A stretch of 64,000 bases of DNA from Lachnospiraceae bacterium (GTDB taxonomy: Bacteria > Bacillota > Clostridia > Lachnospirales > Lachnospiraceae): NCBI GenBank assembly GCA_045593825.1, contig JAZNXI010000177.1, positions 13,280 through 77,279 of the forward strand, in the 5' to 3' direction. This document shows, piece after piece, positions 63,549 to 64,000 of this stretch. The notes beneath the pieces were generated by a model. That model was not told the DNA's origin. It saw only the letters and a list, made by a program, of their open reading frames with translations, and searched no databases. The translations under genes and the position numbers were made by a program. Numbering within the stretch: position 1 is the stretch's first letter; every line of letters begins with the position of its first letter.

Positions 63549-64000
63549 CTATAAGTAAAACTCCAGCTGTATATCTCTTGGATCTTCTTCGTACAGTTTT
63601 TCATTTTTCTCCGTCGCCGGCACACAACCTAATCTTTTATAAAATGCCATGGTATTCTCCGAAGAACCTGCACACAAAAACAATTTTTCTGCACCATACT
63701 CTTTTGCCTGCTTTGCACAAAGAAAGAAGAGTGCCTTTCCAATACCTTTGCCACGCTGATTCTGCGACACGAACAACTGGTCCAACAAGACATATTTCTC
63801 TTGTTTTCCAAAGAGTTCTTTGTCCACCGTGCCATAGCCAATGAGTATACCTTCTTCAAAACAACCAAAGGCAGTGCCACCGTTTTTTACAGTTTCCTTA
63901 AAGCGGTTCAAATGCCAGTCAAACCCGTTTGGCAACTCAGTATCCGTCCAGTTGATTTCCACCAGACCGTACTCTCCGGTGGCTTCGTTGATGCGCCACA
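63549..64000 (-). CDS. GNAT family N-acetyltransferase (N-terminus possibly beyond window end)
   Basis: Motif A is FVSQNQRGKGIGKALFFLCAKQA. The ORF track starts at GTG 63962, but the frame stays open to 64000 (WRINEATGEYGL upstream). Confidence 0.75.
   Translation of the reverse strand, partial: WRINEATGEYGLVEINWTDTELPNGFDWHLNRFKETVKNGGTAFGCFEEGILIGYGTVDKELFGKQEKYVLLDQLFVSQNQRGKGIGKALFFLCAKQAKEYGAEKLFLCAGSSENTMAFYKRLGCVPATEKNEKLYEEDPRDIQLEFYL

Noticed and set aside
1-64000. I scanned for CRISPR arrays, tRNA/rRNA genes, transposases, integrases, phage genes and known defence-system proteins.
   Set aside because: None found. The largest non-coding gaps (about 330 nt at 14781-15108 and about 345 nt at 19305-19651) are explained by a structured leader and a T-box. 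No ORF shows DDE, tyrosine-recombinase, RT, Cas or restriction-enzyme motifs.

Overview
The window is a densely coding chromosomal segment, about 60 CDSs and more than 90 percent coding. It looks like a low-GC Firmicute of the Clostridia, probably Lachnospiraceae-like. This placement is an inference from sigma-A type TTGACA-17-TATAAT promoters, GGAGG ribosome-binding sites, a Thr T-box leader, Rex, and the acpS-nnr-alr-mazF synteny. I found no rRNA, tRNA, CRISPR array, transposase, integrase or phage genes.

The housekeeping core is thrS with its T-box, then rex-acpS-nnr-alr-mazF-(CNNM/TlyC)-rlmH, a homocysteine-methyltransferase/MTHFR fusion followed by metH, pepT-bioY, trmO, and a housekeeping ABC-F.

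Accessory content:
- pectin-related genes: a GH4 enzyme and a PL10 pectate lyase lipoprotein
- c-di-GMP and chemotaxis genes: two tandem cytoplasmic sugar-binding-fold GGDEF proteins, an HD-GYP protein and an MCP
- an unusually large set of small-molecule-modifying genes: 8 GNATs, one AAC(3)-like, two APH-like kinases, one class-C beta-lactamase-like hydrolase, one VOC remnant and one Lsa-type ABC-F

Observations most worth follow-up:
1. An apparent operon at 11.5-15.0 kb. It consists of a structured leader, a gluzincin-peptidase-like::APH-like kinase fusion, a 16-codon uORF with a hairpin, and an Lsa-family ABC-F ribosome-protection gene.
2. A HelD helicase carrying a C-terminal GH31-N-terminal-like beta-sandwich with no catalytic barrel.
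3. Two tandem 628-codon paralogues with a LacI-type ligand-binding fold fused to a GGDEM cyclase domain.
4. A mazF with no room for a mazE in the conserved alr-mazE-mazF slot.
5. A membrane protein with four to six H-x-W-x3-C-x2-PK-x-C-x2-C repeats.
6. A 576-aa protein and a 334-aa protein that I cannot assign to any family.

All family calls come from reading motifs by eye. No database search was run.
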